Positions 1-8,840 of a stretch of DNA of 64,000 nucleotides are shown in pieces. Numbering within the stretch: position 1 is the first letter of the stretch; each line of letters begins with the position of its first letter. The position numbers were made by a program, and so were the translations under genes. The stretch covers positions 864,001 to 928,000 of the forward strand of contig JAWLHJ010000001.1 of NCBI GenBank assembly GCA_041690395.1. The letters are read 5' to 3'. The notes under the pieces are model-generated. The model saw only the letters and a program-made list of their open reading frames with translations, was not told the origin of the DNA and did no database searches. The DNA comes from Longimicrobiales bacterium (GTDB lineage: Bacteria > Gemmatimonadota > Gemmatimonadetes > Longimicrobiales > Gaopeijiaceae).

Positions 1-1644
1 TTCGCCTTCCGAGTCTTTGGCGCGAAAGAGGACATCGTGGGCTCCGTGGGCGCCACGCTCTGGCTGTTGCTCGGCGCGGTCGTCCTGGTCCTCCTGATCG
101 CGTGCGGCAACGTCGCGAACCTCCTCCTGTCCCGGGCCGAGGCGCGGGTGCGTGAGATGTCGCTCCGTACCGCGCTCGGGGCAGGTCGGTCCCGCATCGT
201 TCGCCAACTCCTCACCGAGAGTGTCGTGCTGGCCATGCTCGGCGGTGCGCTCGGCGTCGCGGTCGCGGCGGTCGGCGTCCCGGCACTCCTGGCCATCGAC
301 CCGGAGGCCGTGCCCAGATCGGCCTCCGCTTCAGTCGATCCCTCGGTGCTTCTCTTTGCGCTGGGTGCGTCGCTCACGACCGCAGTCGTGTTCGGCATGA
401 TACCGGCCCTGCGCGTGCTCAGGGAGACGACCTCGGACGTGCTCGGTGAGCGACGGGGCGTGGGAGGCGGCGCGTCGAGCCGCGTGCAGGGACTCCTCAT
501 CGCGGGCCAGATGGCCATGGCGGTCGTGCTCCTGACGGGCTCGATCCTCATGATCCAGACCTTCGTCGGCCTCCTGCGCGTGGACCCCGGGTTCGAGCCT
601 CAGGAGAACGTGCTCACGTTCCGCCTGACCGCGCCGAGCGGCAGCTATCCCGAGACCGAGCAGGTCGTGGCGTTCTACCAGGAGCTCCGCCGTCAACTCG
701 ACGAGGTGCCCGGCGTGCGGCGCGCCGGGGCCGCCCGCCTGCTCCCGCTGGCCAGCACCATGGGAGACGCCGGCGTGTTCGTGGAGGGATACCAGCCGGC
801 TCCCAACGAGTCGACGCAGGCGGAGTGGCAGTACGTCACGCCGGGCTACTTCGAGGTCATGGGAATCCCGCTCCTCGCGGGCCGTGGCATCGACGAGCGT
901 GACATCGCCGGCGGGCAGGAGACCGTGGTGATCAGCGAGTCGCTGGCCCGACACTACTGGGGCGACCGCGACCCGATCGGGAGTCGCGTGGGCATGCTCG
1001 GCGACACGACGGTGGTGATCGGCGTCGTCGGGGACGTGGCGCACAACGAGCTCACGGGCAACGTGCGTGAGACCTTCTACCGTCCTCACGCGCAGCAGAC
1101 GTCGCGGAGCCTCACCTTCACCGTGGCCACGGAAGGCGATCCCTACGTAGTGCTCCCCGCGGTTCGCGGGGTGGTTCGGGGCATCGACCCGACCATGCCG
1201 ATCGCCGAGATCCGCAGCATGGACGAAGTCCTGGCGGGGTCACGGGCCAGCCATCGCTTCGCGACCGTGCTCCTCGGCGCGTTCGCCGCGATCGCGCTCA
1301 CGCTGGCGGTCGTGGGGATCTACGGGGTGGTCTCCTACGCCGTGAGCCGACGCCGGTCCGAGATCGGTGTTCGCATGGCGCTGGGCGCGGAGGCGGGGGC
1401 TGTCGTGGGCATGGTGCTCCGCCAGGGGATGGCGACCGCGCTCGTCGGCGTGGCCGTCGGGACCGGCGCGGCCCTCCTCGTGACAGGCCTTCTCGAGGGG
1501 ATGCTGTACGGGGTCGAAGCACACGACCCGGTGGCCCTCGTGGGAGCGCCGGCGCTGTTCGCTCTGGTCGCGCTCGTAGCCTGCTGGATTCCGGCGGCGC
1601 GCGCCTCGAGCGTCGATCCTTCAGAGGCGCTCCGGTACGAATGA
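1..1644 (+). CDS. ABC transporter permease, MacB/FtsX duplicated (ADOP-like); 5' truncated by window
   Basis: LLIACGNVANLLLSRA, RTALGAGRSRIVRQLLTES and EIGVRMALGA motifs; frame open from base 1. Confidence 0.9.
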   Translation, partial: FAFRVFGAKEDIVGSVGATLWLLLGAVVLVLLIACGNVANLLLSRAEARVREMSLRTALGAGRSRIVRQLLTESVVLAMLGGALGVAVAAVGVPALLAIDPEAVPRSASASVDPSVLLFALGASLTTAVVFGMIPALRVLRETTSDVLGERRGVGGGASSRVQGLLIAGQMAMAVVLLTGSILMIQTFVGLLRVDPGFEPQENVLTFRLTAPSGSYPETEQVVAFYQELRRQLDEVPGVRRAGAARLLPLASTMGDAGVFVEGYQPAPNESTQAEWQYVTPGYFEVMGIPLLAGRGIDERDIAGGQETVVISESLARHYWGDRDPIGSRVGMLGDTTVVIGVVGDVAHNELTGNVRETFYRPHAQQTSRSLTFTVATEGDPYVVLPAVRGVVRGIDPTMPIAEIRSMDEVLAGSRASHRFATVLLGAFAAIALTLAVVGIYGVVSYAVSRRRSEIGVRMALGAEAGAVVGMVLRQGMATALVGVAVGTGAALLVTGLLEGMLYGVEAHDPVALVGAPALFALVALVACWIPAARASSVDPSEALRYE

Positions 1645-1664
1645 CGACCGGAGATCCTTTGAGG

Positions 1665-1707
1665 TTGACCTAAGTCCAAGTTTGGCATATATTTACTCTG
1701 ATATGCC
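1665..1707 (+). promoter_or_regulatory. sigma70-like promoter with overlapping inverted repeat
   Basis: TTGACC(1665)-N17-TATATT(1688); GGCATAT-N10-ATATGCC at 1684-1707. Confidence 0.6.
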
Positions 1708-1828
1708 GCTCCGTCGCGAGGCAAACGACGTACGAGCGGTGCGCTCGTGTGCGCTTTCGTTTCTTCGGCCGAATTCGCGTTGAGGTTGGACCGCCTCCGC
1801 TCGGCCGGCAGCTCCAGGATGGTGTCCC

Positions 1829-2809
1829 TTGGCTGAGGCGACCCTCGAAGTACCGACGTCCTCCGGATCCGAACTCGACGACAATCTCTACCGGCACGTC
1901 AAGCGGCCCGAGTGGGGTGTGGCGATGATCGCCTGGGAGCGGAGTGAGACCCGTGCCTACCAGTTCGAAGACGGAAAGCTCCGCAAGTTTCCCGAGGCGT
2001 TCTACAAGCTCCTCGTGCCGGCAGAGGACCTCGGCGAGCGCACGGAGCATATTCGCGACAACCTCCGCCGGGTGATCGATGCCGGCGACGGAGACTCGAG
2101 CCGAAAGGTTCTGGAGGCGGTTGCCCCGTTCTCCGAGCAGGTCGAGCTCTTCATCCGCCTCTATCCCAAGGGATTCCAGGATCCGGAGTGGATCGAGGAT
2201 CATCGCAGCACGGACGGCGCGAGCCTCAAGCGCCACCGCGACCCGGTGGTCGCCGAGGCCAAAGAGACGCTGTCCGCCGACCGGATGAAGGAGGAGATCT
2301 CCGAGGGCGCGCACGGGGACCTGGCCGACGGCGTCGCGGATCTGCTGCAGCGCACGGACCTGGTTCAGGTGGCCCACGCCAAGGCGATTCGCGGGCTCGA
2401 GCCCGACGAGAAGAAGCGTTACGTGGAGGCCCTGAACGAGCTGCTCCACGGCGAGCGTCGCTACGAGGAGCGCTTCAAGGAGTGGCTCGACGTGCTCGAG
2501 GCGCTCTTCGACGAGCGCCCCAGCTGGCGGGTCGCGACGGTCATTCCGGGCATCGTGGATCCGGAGACGCATACGGTGGTGCGACGCTCGGCGTTCGCGC
2601 GTCAGGCGGGCTCGATTGCGCCTACCGCGCGTTACAGCCGCAGGGCGAAGGTCCGGGCCTATCGCAACTTCCGGAGGGTTGCGCTCTCTACGCGTGATCG
2701 CCTGGCTGCGGCTGGCCACGAGCCCCGTGACCTCCTGGACGTGTACGACTTCATCTGGACGACGCTCCGCACCTCGGCGCTGGAGCATCTGGGGTCCGAG
2801 AAGCCGTAG
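1829..2809 (+). CDS. hypothetical protein (possibly DUF3553-like)
   Basis: 326 aa ORF with typical codon bias; N-terminal HVKRPEWG and C-terminal PRDLLDVYDFIW. Confidence 0.75.
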   Translation: MAEATLEVPTSSGSELDDNLYRHVKRPEWGVAMIAWERSETRAYQFEDGKLRKFPEAFYKLLVPAEDLGERTEHIRDNLRRVIDAGDGDSSRKVLEAVAPFSEQVELFIRLYPKGFQDPEWIEDHRSTDGASLKRHRDPVVAEAKETLSADRMKEEISEGAHGDLADGVADLLQRTDLVQVAHAKAIRGLEPDEKKRYVEALNELLHGERRYEERFKEWLDVLEALFDERPSWRVATVIPGIVDPETHTVVRRSAFARQAGSIAPTARYSRRAKVRAYRNFRRVALSTRDRLAAAGHEPRDLLDVYDFIWTTLRTSALEHLGSEKP

Positions 2810-2838
2810 CGGAGGCGCCCCGGCTTCCCCGGGGTAAG

Positions 2839-3474
2839 CTACATGTCGAGCGCGACCAACTCCGGATTGCCGAGAACCTTGCTCGGATAGAGGTGGCAAT
2901 CCGGAGTGTTGGTCCCGCGCACGCATCCGTTGTAACGCAGTAGCGCGCGGTCCAGGTCGCCGTTCGAGCGGACGAGCGCATCCGCCAGGATCCGGGCCCC
3001 ATGGCAGATGTTCGTTTCGGGGTCGGTCAGGTCGGCGCCGTCGCATCCCCAGCCTCCGGCGTGGAACGGCATGACCTGCATGAGCCCGATCGCGCCCATG
3101 AAGCTCGCGGCCGTGGGCTCCAGCCACGGATTCTCGATGGCCATGACGGCGAGGAGCAATCGGGGGTCGACTCCTGCGCGCTGACCCTCACGGACCAACG
3201 CCAGCGCAATGCGGCGGGCGTGGGGCCGGTCGTTCCTCATCCGGGTGAGGACGTGGACCAGCGGCTCCATCTCGTGGGCGATGAACGCATCCACTTCGCC
3301 GACCTCCCTCTCGAGCGCCTCCGCTCGTGCCTCGAGCGTTCGGAGCGCGCCTTCGAGCGGCGAATACGCTGCCTCCTCCGGCGGGCTCGCGCAGGCGGAG
3401 GCCAAGGCGGCCCCCATCGTGGCCACGAGCCAGGCACGGCTCTGTCTCACCCGTTGCGCGTTACGTAACCGCAT
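2839..3474 (-). CDS. lytic transglycosylase (SLT domain), probable lipoprotein
   Basis: LLAVMAIEN, GAIGLMQVMP, ALLRYNG motifs; LASAC lipobox-like. Confidence 0.85.
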   Translation of the reverse strand: MRLRNAQRVRQSRAWLVATMGAALASACASPPEEAAYSPLEGALRTLEARAEALEREVGEVDAFIAHEMEPLVHVLTRMRNDRPHARRIALALVREGQRAGVDPRLLLAVMAIENPWLEPTAASFMGAIGLMQVMPFHAGGWGCDGADLTDPETNICHGARILADALVRSNGDLDRALLRYNGCVRGTNTPDCHLYPSKVLGNPELVALDM

Positions 3475-3763
3475 GTCGTCCCCCTGGGCCAGGAGCCCAT
3501 CCGACCTGACATCTTCGAAAGCCGCGCGATTCCGTCGCGTAAGCCTCACGATCGGGACCTACCTGATTACAGATTCGGTGCCCGAAACGCGTTTGGGACA
3601 TCGCGGGCTATCCGGAAGGCCGTAAACGACATCACCTTGCCGCTGGCCGCTCACGCATCGCGGCACCCGGGCTCAGGGCGGGCGGACCGGCGGGGCTGGC
3701 GCTTCTCCGAGACACCATGACGCCCGCGCGCAACACGCCGGATTGGCAGGCGGGTGGCATTCA

Positions 3764-4516
3764 CTACCGCAGTGGCGCGTCCGCGAGACGTGCTCTCGTG
3801 ATCGCCTCGGCCGACCCGGCATCGAGATAGCCGAGTCCGGCGAGATAGTCGTCGGTGCGCCCGGTCAGGACGAAGCTCGGGTGCCATGGGATCGCGTCCG
3901 GCTGGACGCGGTTCACGTAGTCGATCAGGGAGCTGGTGCAGTTCGTCGTGAGCGTGTGATACCATCGCGGGTGCTCGGCCAGGGCCGCCGTCTCGGCCAC
4001 CAGCTGGCGGAAGATCCGCGCGATGTGCTCGCTGGCGACGTCGACCCGGTATCGGGTGAGGGGATAGTCGAGGTAGTCGACGCGGCGGCGCACGAGATCG
4101 TCCTCGCGCGCCCAGATGTGTGTGAGCTCGAAGCTTCGGAGCATCCCGCCGACGATGGAGTAGGTCTCGCCGATCTCCCGGCGGGTTTCCACGGAGATGC
4201 CGGGCCAGCGGTCTTCGCCGTAGGACTCCGGGAACTCGAAGACCAGGAACGTATGCGCGATCCGACCGCCCAGACCGAGCTCCTGCTCGTAGAGCCAGAG
4301 ACCGGTCACGTCGTCGGGGTCGTAGCTCGTCGGCCCGTACTCCTTCGCCAGCACGGAGTCCGCCGCATACGTCCAGCGGCGCACCTGCTCGAGGCGGACG
4401 CGGCCGTCGGGTTCGAGGGTCACGGGTGTGAGGACCCGCACGTCCTCGTCCCAGGCGCGGTCCAACGCCGGCTCGCGGAGGGCGACGGCGACCGCGGTCA
4501 CCGCCGCCCATGCCAC
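3764..4516 (-). CDS. DUF4105 (Lnb N-terminal-like) protein; start may lie further upstream
   Basis: IAHTFLVFEF, ISVETRRE, WYHTLTTNCTS. Confidence 0.75.
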   Translation of the reverse strand: MAWAAVTAVAVALREPALDRAWDEDVRVLTPVTLEPDGRVRLEQVRRWTYAADSVLAKEYGPTSYDPDDVTGLWLYEQELGLGGRIAHTFLVFEFPESYGEDRWPGISVETRREIGETYSIVGGMLRSFELTHIWAREDDLVRRRVDYLDYPLTRYRVDVASEHIARIFRQLVAETAALAEHPRWYHTLTTNCTSSLIDYVNRVQPDAIPWHPSFVLTGRTDDYLAGLGYLDAGSAEAITRARLADAPLR

Positions 4517-4563
4517 GAGGAGCGCGCCGGCCCAGGCGGCCGGCTTGCGCCATCGAGTGTGGC

Positions 4564-5685
4564 TCAGCCACCGCCTCCGGACACGGAGAACTTCTGGATG
4601 CGTCGGCCGGTCGACGCTTCACCCACGTAGATGTTGCCCTGGGAGTCGACGCTCATGCCGTGGGGACGGAGGAACTGCCCGAGCTGCCGGCCGCCACGGC
4701 CGAACTCACCCACGATCTCGAGCGTCTCTCGCTCGAGGATCCACACCTTGTGGTTCGTGCCGTCCGCGAGGTACAGCCAACGCTGGTCGGCGTCCGGTGA
4801 GAAGGAGATGACGAAGGCCGATCCCGAGGCGAGCGTCTCCGGAGCCACGATCCGCTCCTGGACGAAGCTGCCGTCCTGCTGGAAGACCTGGATCCGGTTG
4901 CCCCGTCGGTCCGCGACGTAGATCAGGCCGTCGCTCGACCCCGCCAGGCCGTGCACCGTCGAGAACTGCCTGGGCGGATCGCCGGCCGGGTCCCGATCCC
5001 CGAAGTCGTAGTCGTCGTCCGGGGTCTCCCCGTAGGCGCCCCAGTGCCGCAGATACTCTCCCGTGTCGCCGTCGTAGACGATGACGCGACGGTTCCGGTA
5101 GCCGTCCGCGACGAACACCTCGTTCGTGCTCGGGTCCACCCAGATGCCCGCGGGACCACCCAGCAGGTCGGGGTCGTTGCTCCCGGCGTTGACGTCGTAC
5201 TCACCGAGCGTCATGAGGAGCTGGCCGTCCCGGGTGAACTTCATCACCCGATGATGCACGTACGTCCCGATCCAGACGTTGTCGTTGTGGTCCACGAAGA
5301 TGCCGTGCGGGTTGCGCGGCCACATCTCCGGGTTCTCGCTGTCGCCCCATGCCTGGACGACGGCGCCCTCCGGATCGAGCTCGAGCACGATGGGCGCCGC
5401 GCGGCAGCAGGTGCCGATGGGCGGATCCTGCTCGGCCGCCGTCTCCTCGGGTGTGAGCGTCTCCGGGAGATGGGTTACCCAGACATGATCCTGCGCGTCG
5501 ACGAACACGCCGGTGATGGCGCCCAGAATCCAGTCGTTGGGCAGCTCCTGCGGCCAGGTCGGGTCGACCTCGAACGTGGGGATTCCGTTCGTCGACGCGG
5601 CGGTCGCAGACGACTGCTCGGACCCGCACGAGGCGAGAACCGTCGCCAGCGCGAGCGAAAGGGTTGTGGCTTTCAGGACGTTCAT
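4564..5685 (-). CDS. NHL-repeat beta-propeller lipoprotein (PAL-like)
   Basis: PHGIFVD, VADGYRNRRV, YVADRRGNRIQVF repeats; LASC lipobox. Confidence 0.85.
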   Translation of the reverse strand: MNVLKATTLSLALATVLASCGSEQSSATAASTNGIPTFEVDPTWPQELPNDWILGAITGVFVDAQDHVWVTHLPETLTPEETAAEQDPPIGTCCRAAPIVLELDPEGAVVQAWGDSENPEMWPRNPHGIFVDHNDNVWIGTYVHHRVMKFTRDGQLLMTLGEYDVNAGSNDPDLLGGPAGIWVDPSTNEVFVADGYRNRRVIVYDGDTGEYLRHWGAYGETPDDDYDFGDRDPAGDPPRQFSTVHGLAGSSDGLIYVADRRGNRIQVFQQDGSFVQERIVAPETLASGSAFVISFSPDADQRWLYLADGTNHKVWILERETLEIVGEFGRGGRQLGQFLRPHGMSVDSQGNIYVGEASTGRRIQKFSVSGGGG

Positions 5686-5693
5686 GGAGCAGC

Positions 5694-7016
5694 TCACTGG
5701 GAAAGGGGACGGTCGCGGAGGTAATTCAACAAGAGGTTGCTCATGGCCCGCATGCCGATCGGCACCGAGGCGTCGTCGGCCATGAACGTGGGAGTGTGAT
5801 GCCCTCCCGACACGACACCCGGCGCCTGGGTCCCGAGCCGGTAGAAGAAGGCCGGCACTTCATTGGCGAAATAGGCGAAGTCCTCCCCGCCCATGACCGG
5901 ATCCATGATCTGTACATTCTCCTCCCCCACGATGGTGTGCAGGGTGGGGGCCATACGCGTGACCAGCTCGGTATCGTTGATCGTCGCGGGCGAGCCGCGG
6001 TCGTACGCGAGCTCGTAGCTGCCGCCCCCCGCTGCGGTGATCCCGGCCACGATCTCCTCCATGCGGCGCTCGATGGTGTCACGGACGTCGGGGTCGTAGC
6101 TGCGCACCGTACCCTCCAGGTGGACCCGGTCCGGCACGATGTTGAAGCGCGTGCCCCCCTGGACGATGCCGACCGTGACGACGCTCGGCTCCAGGGAGGG
6201 GAGGTTGCGGGAACGGATGGTCTGGAGGCCCATGACCACCTGCGACGCCATCACCACGGGATCGACGCCGAGCTCCGGATACGCGCCGTGCGCCTGCTCC
6301 CCGATGACCTCGATGCGGAAGTGGTCGACGGCGGCCAGCATCGGGCCGGTGGCGTAGCCCAGGGTGCCGACGGACATGCTGCTCAGCGTGTGGAGGCCGA
6401 AGATGGCCGACGGCCTCGGATTCTCGAGGGCGCCCTCGCGCACCATGAGGTCTGCGCCACCCTCCTCCCCAGGCGGCGGCCCTTCCTCCGCGGGCTGGAA
6501 GATGAACTTCACCACGCCGGGGATCTCGTCGCGCATGGAGGCGAGCACCGAGGCCACGCCGAGCTGAACCGCGACGTGCACGTCGTGTCCGCAGGCGTGC
6601 ATGACCCCCACTTCCTGGCCGAGGTACGTCGTGCGCACCGTCGAAGCGAACGGATAGGGCGTGTCTTCCGTCACGGGGAGCGCGTCCATGTCCGCCCGGA
6701 CCGCCACGGTATCGCCGGGAAGACCCCCGCGGAGAATGCCGATCACCCCGGTGTGCGCGACGCCTTCGGTCACCTCGTCGAAGCCGAGCGCGCGGAGGTG
6801 GTCGGCGATGAGCGCCGCGGTCTCGAACTCACGGTTGCCGAGCTCGGGGTACTGATGGATGTGATGCCGGAGCTCGATGATCTGCTCGGCGAACCGGTCG
6901 ACGGCCGCGTCGACGGCGGGGTCCTGAGCGAGCGCGGGGCGCTGCGGGACGACAGCCACGAGCAGTGCCGACAGCGCGAGTACGCGCGCGGACCGGCCGG
7001 GTCGGATCGATTGCAT
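5694..7016 (-). CDS. M20 family amidohydrolase, secreted
   Basis: RADMDALP, MHACGHD, FQPAEEG, GGEDFA; signal peptide after ATG at 7016. Confidence 0.9.
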   Translation of the reverse strand: MQSIRPGRSARVLALSALLVAVVPQRPALAQDPAVDAAVDRFAEQIIELRHHIHQYPELGNREFETAALIADHLRALGFDEVTEGVAHTGVIGILRGGLPGDTVAVRADMDALPVTEDTPYPFASTVRTTYLGQEVGVMHACGHDVHVAVQLGVASVLASMRDEIPGVVKFIFQPAEEGPPPGEEGGADLMVREGALENPRPSAIFGLHTLSSMSVGTLGYATGPMLAAVDHFRIEVIGEQAHGAYPELGVDPVVMASQVVMGLQTIRSRNLPSLEPSVVTVGIVQGGTRFNIVPDRVHLEGTVRSYDPDVRDTIERRMEEIVAGITAAGGGSYELAYDRGSPATINDTELVTRMAPTLHTIVGEENVQIMDPVMGGEDFAYFANEVPAFFYRLGTQAPGVVSGGHHTPTFMADDASVPIGMRAMSNLLLNYLRDRPLSQ

Positions 7017-7087
7017 CGAGGAACGCCTCCGTTCGAGTCCACGCATACGTAAGGTCCCGAGGCCCGATCTGCCAGGGGCGGGGAACC

Positions 7088-7117
7088 TTGACCGTCTCCG
7101 GTGCGTTCGCTTAGCGT
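7088..7117 (+). promoter_or_regulatory. putative sigma70 promoter for leader and cystine transporter
   Basis: TTGACC-N18-TAGCGT. Confidence 0.45.
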
Positions 7118-7189
7118 CTGAAGATTCACCTGATTCCGGGGCGGGCGGAGCGTCCGCCGGCCCCCCTGGTCCCATTCGGAACCGTACTC

Positions 7190-7285
7190 GTGCGCACCCT
7201 CTTCGCCTGCCGCTGTTGTTGTCGCTGTTGCGGCGCTCCTCCGGGAGTGTCGGGCGGGCGCGTGCGCGGAGTCGCGAACGTGTAG
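7190..7285 (+). CDS. polycysteine leader peptide (MRTLFACRCCCRCCGAPPGVSGGRVRGVANV)
   Basis: GTG start, 6 Cys in 8 codons, TAG stop 30 nt before an intrinsic terminator. Confidence 0.8.
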   Translation: MRTLFACRCCCRCCGAPPGVSGGRVRGVANV

Positions 7286-7315
7286 AACGAGTCGGCTTCT
7301 CTGGCTCTCCTGTCC

Positions 7316-7344
7316 GGCCCTCCCCCACGGGAGGGCCTTTTTTT
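7316..7344 (+). terminator. attenuator terminator upstream of cystine transporter
   Basis: GGCCCTCCC-CCAC-GGGAGGGCC-T7. Confidence 0.9.
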
Positions 7345-7382
7345 GTTCCCGTAGCTCCCGAACCCCGACTCGGACCAACACC

Positions 7383-8837
7383 ATGAGCATCGCAGCGCTT
7401 CTCCTGAACCTGGGCATCTTCGCCACCGGAATCGTCTGGCTCGTCCGCCGCCGTACCGCTGGCGCCCCCTTCTCGCAGACGGTCCTGGTCGCGCTGGTGC
7501 TGGGGGTGGCCCTGGGCGGGGCGTTCCAATGGGTGTATGGCACGGAGCACGCGGTCATGGCCGACACCATGACGTGGGTGGACGTCGTCGGCAGGGGTTA
7601 CGTCCGGCTCCTCCAGATGATCGTGATGCCGCTGGTGCTGGTGTCGATCCTCTCGGCCGTGACGAGACTGGACGACGCCCGCTCCCTGGGGAAGATCAGC
7701 GTGGGGGTGCTCGGCATGCTCATGGTGACGACGGCCGTCTCCGCGGTCGTCGGCGTGGGCATGACGCGACTCTTCGGGCTGTCGGCGGAGGGGCTCGTGC
7801 CGGGAGCCCGGGAGGCGGAGCGGGGTGAAGCCCTGGCGGCCCGGACCGGAGAGGTGGCCGATCTGAACGTTCCCGACCTGCTCCTCTCGTTCATTCCCAC
7901 CAACATCTTCGACGCACTCACCGGGGGAGAGCCCACGGCCATCATCGGCGTGGTGGTCTTCGCGTCCCTCCTGGGCATCGCGGTGCTGGCGTTGCGCCGG
8001 GAAGATCCGGAGCTCGGCGCGCGCGTCGTGGACGGCATCGACGCGGTGCAGGCGTTGGTCATGCGGCTGGTCCGCATGGTGATTCGCCTCACCCCCTACG
8101 GCGTGCTGGCGCTCATGACACGGGTCGTGGCCACGTCGAATGTCGCCGACATCCTGAACCTCATGGGCTTCGTGGTGGCGTCGTACCTGGGGCTGGTCCT
8201 GATCCTGGGCATGCACGCGGGGGCGCTCGCGCTCACCGGCCTGAACCCCGTCCGTCACTTCCGGAAGATCTGGCCGGTGCTGACCTTCGCCTTCTCGTCG
8301 CGCTCGAGCGCCGCCGCGATCCCGCTGAACATCGAGAGCCAGATCCGGCGGCTCGGCGTGTCGCCCGCCATCGCCAACTTCTCCGCGGGCTTCGGGGCGA
8401 CCATCGGACAGAACGGATGCGCGGGTCTCTACCCCGCCATGCTGGCCGTCATGATCGCGCCCACCGTGGGCATCGATCCCATGTCCGTGGGCTTTCTCGT
8501 GCCGCTGGTGTTGGTGGCCACCCTGGGCTCGTTCGGCATCGCCGGGGTGGGTGGCGGGGCTACCTTCGCCGCCCTGGTGGTGTTGGGCACCCTGAACCTG
8601 CCGGTGGCCCTGGCCGGTTTGCTCATCTCCATCGAGCCCCTCATCGACATGGGGCGCACGGCCATCAACGTCAGCGGCTCCATGACCGCGGGTGCCGTGA
8701 CGAGCCGGCTCCTGGGGGAGACGGACATGGCGGTCTTCAGAGCGGACCGGGACCTGGCGGACACGGGTGTCGAGGCGGTAGGCCGGCAGCCCGGAACGCG
8801 GGAGGGCGCGGCGGAGCTGGCGGCGGGTCTGGGCTGA
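7383..8837 (+). CDS. tcyP: L-cystine transporter (DAACS/SDF cation:dicarboxylate symporter family)
   Basis: FAFSSRSSAAAIPLN, GATIGQNGCAGLYPAMLA, GVGGGATFAAL, ISIEPLIDMGRTA. Confidence 0.85.
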   Translation: MSIAALLLNLGIFATGIVWLVRRRTAGAPFSQTVLVALVLGVALGGAFQWVYGTEHAVMADTMTWVDVVGRGYVRLLQMIVMPLVLVSILSAVTRLDDARSLGKISVGVLGMLMVTTAVSAVVGVGMTRLFGLSAEGLVPGAREAERGEALAARTGEVADLNVPDLLLSFIPTNIFDALTGGEPTAIIGVVVFASLLGIAVLALRREDPELGARVVDGIDAVQALVMRLVRMVIRLTPYGVLALMTRVVATSNVADILNLMGFVVASYLGLVLILGMHAGALALTGLNPVRHFRKIWPVLTFAFSSRSSAAAIPLNIESQIRRLGVSPAIANFSAGFGATIGQNGCAGLYPAMLAVMIAPTVGIDPMSVGFLVPLVLVATLGSFGIAGVGGGATFAALVVLGTLNLPVALAGLLISIEPLIDMGRTAINVSGSMTAGAVTSRLLGETDMAVFRADRDLADTGVEAVGRQPGTREGAAELAAGLG

Positions 8838-8840
8838 TCC

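Noticed and set aside
7120..7345. T-box or SAM riboswitch upstream of tcyP
   Set aside because: No T-box GGTGGNACC or SAM-I core motif recognised; the Cys uORF explains the terminator
5694..8258. 854-aa fusion ORF (likewise extended starts at 13372, 21949, 28146, 28395)
   Set aside because: N-terminal extensions overlap other genes; true starts are downstream at signal peptides or coupled start codons
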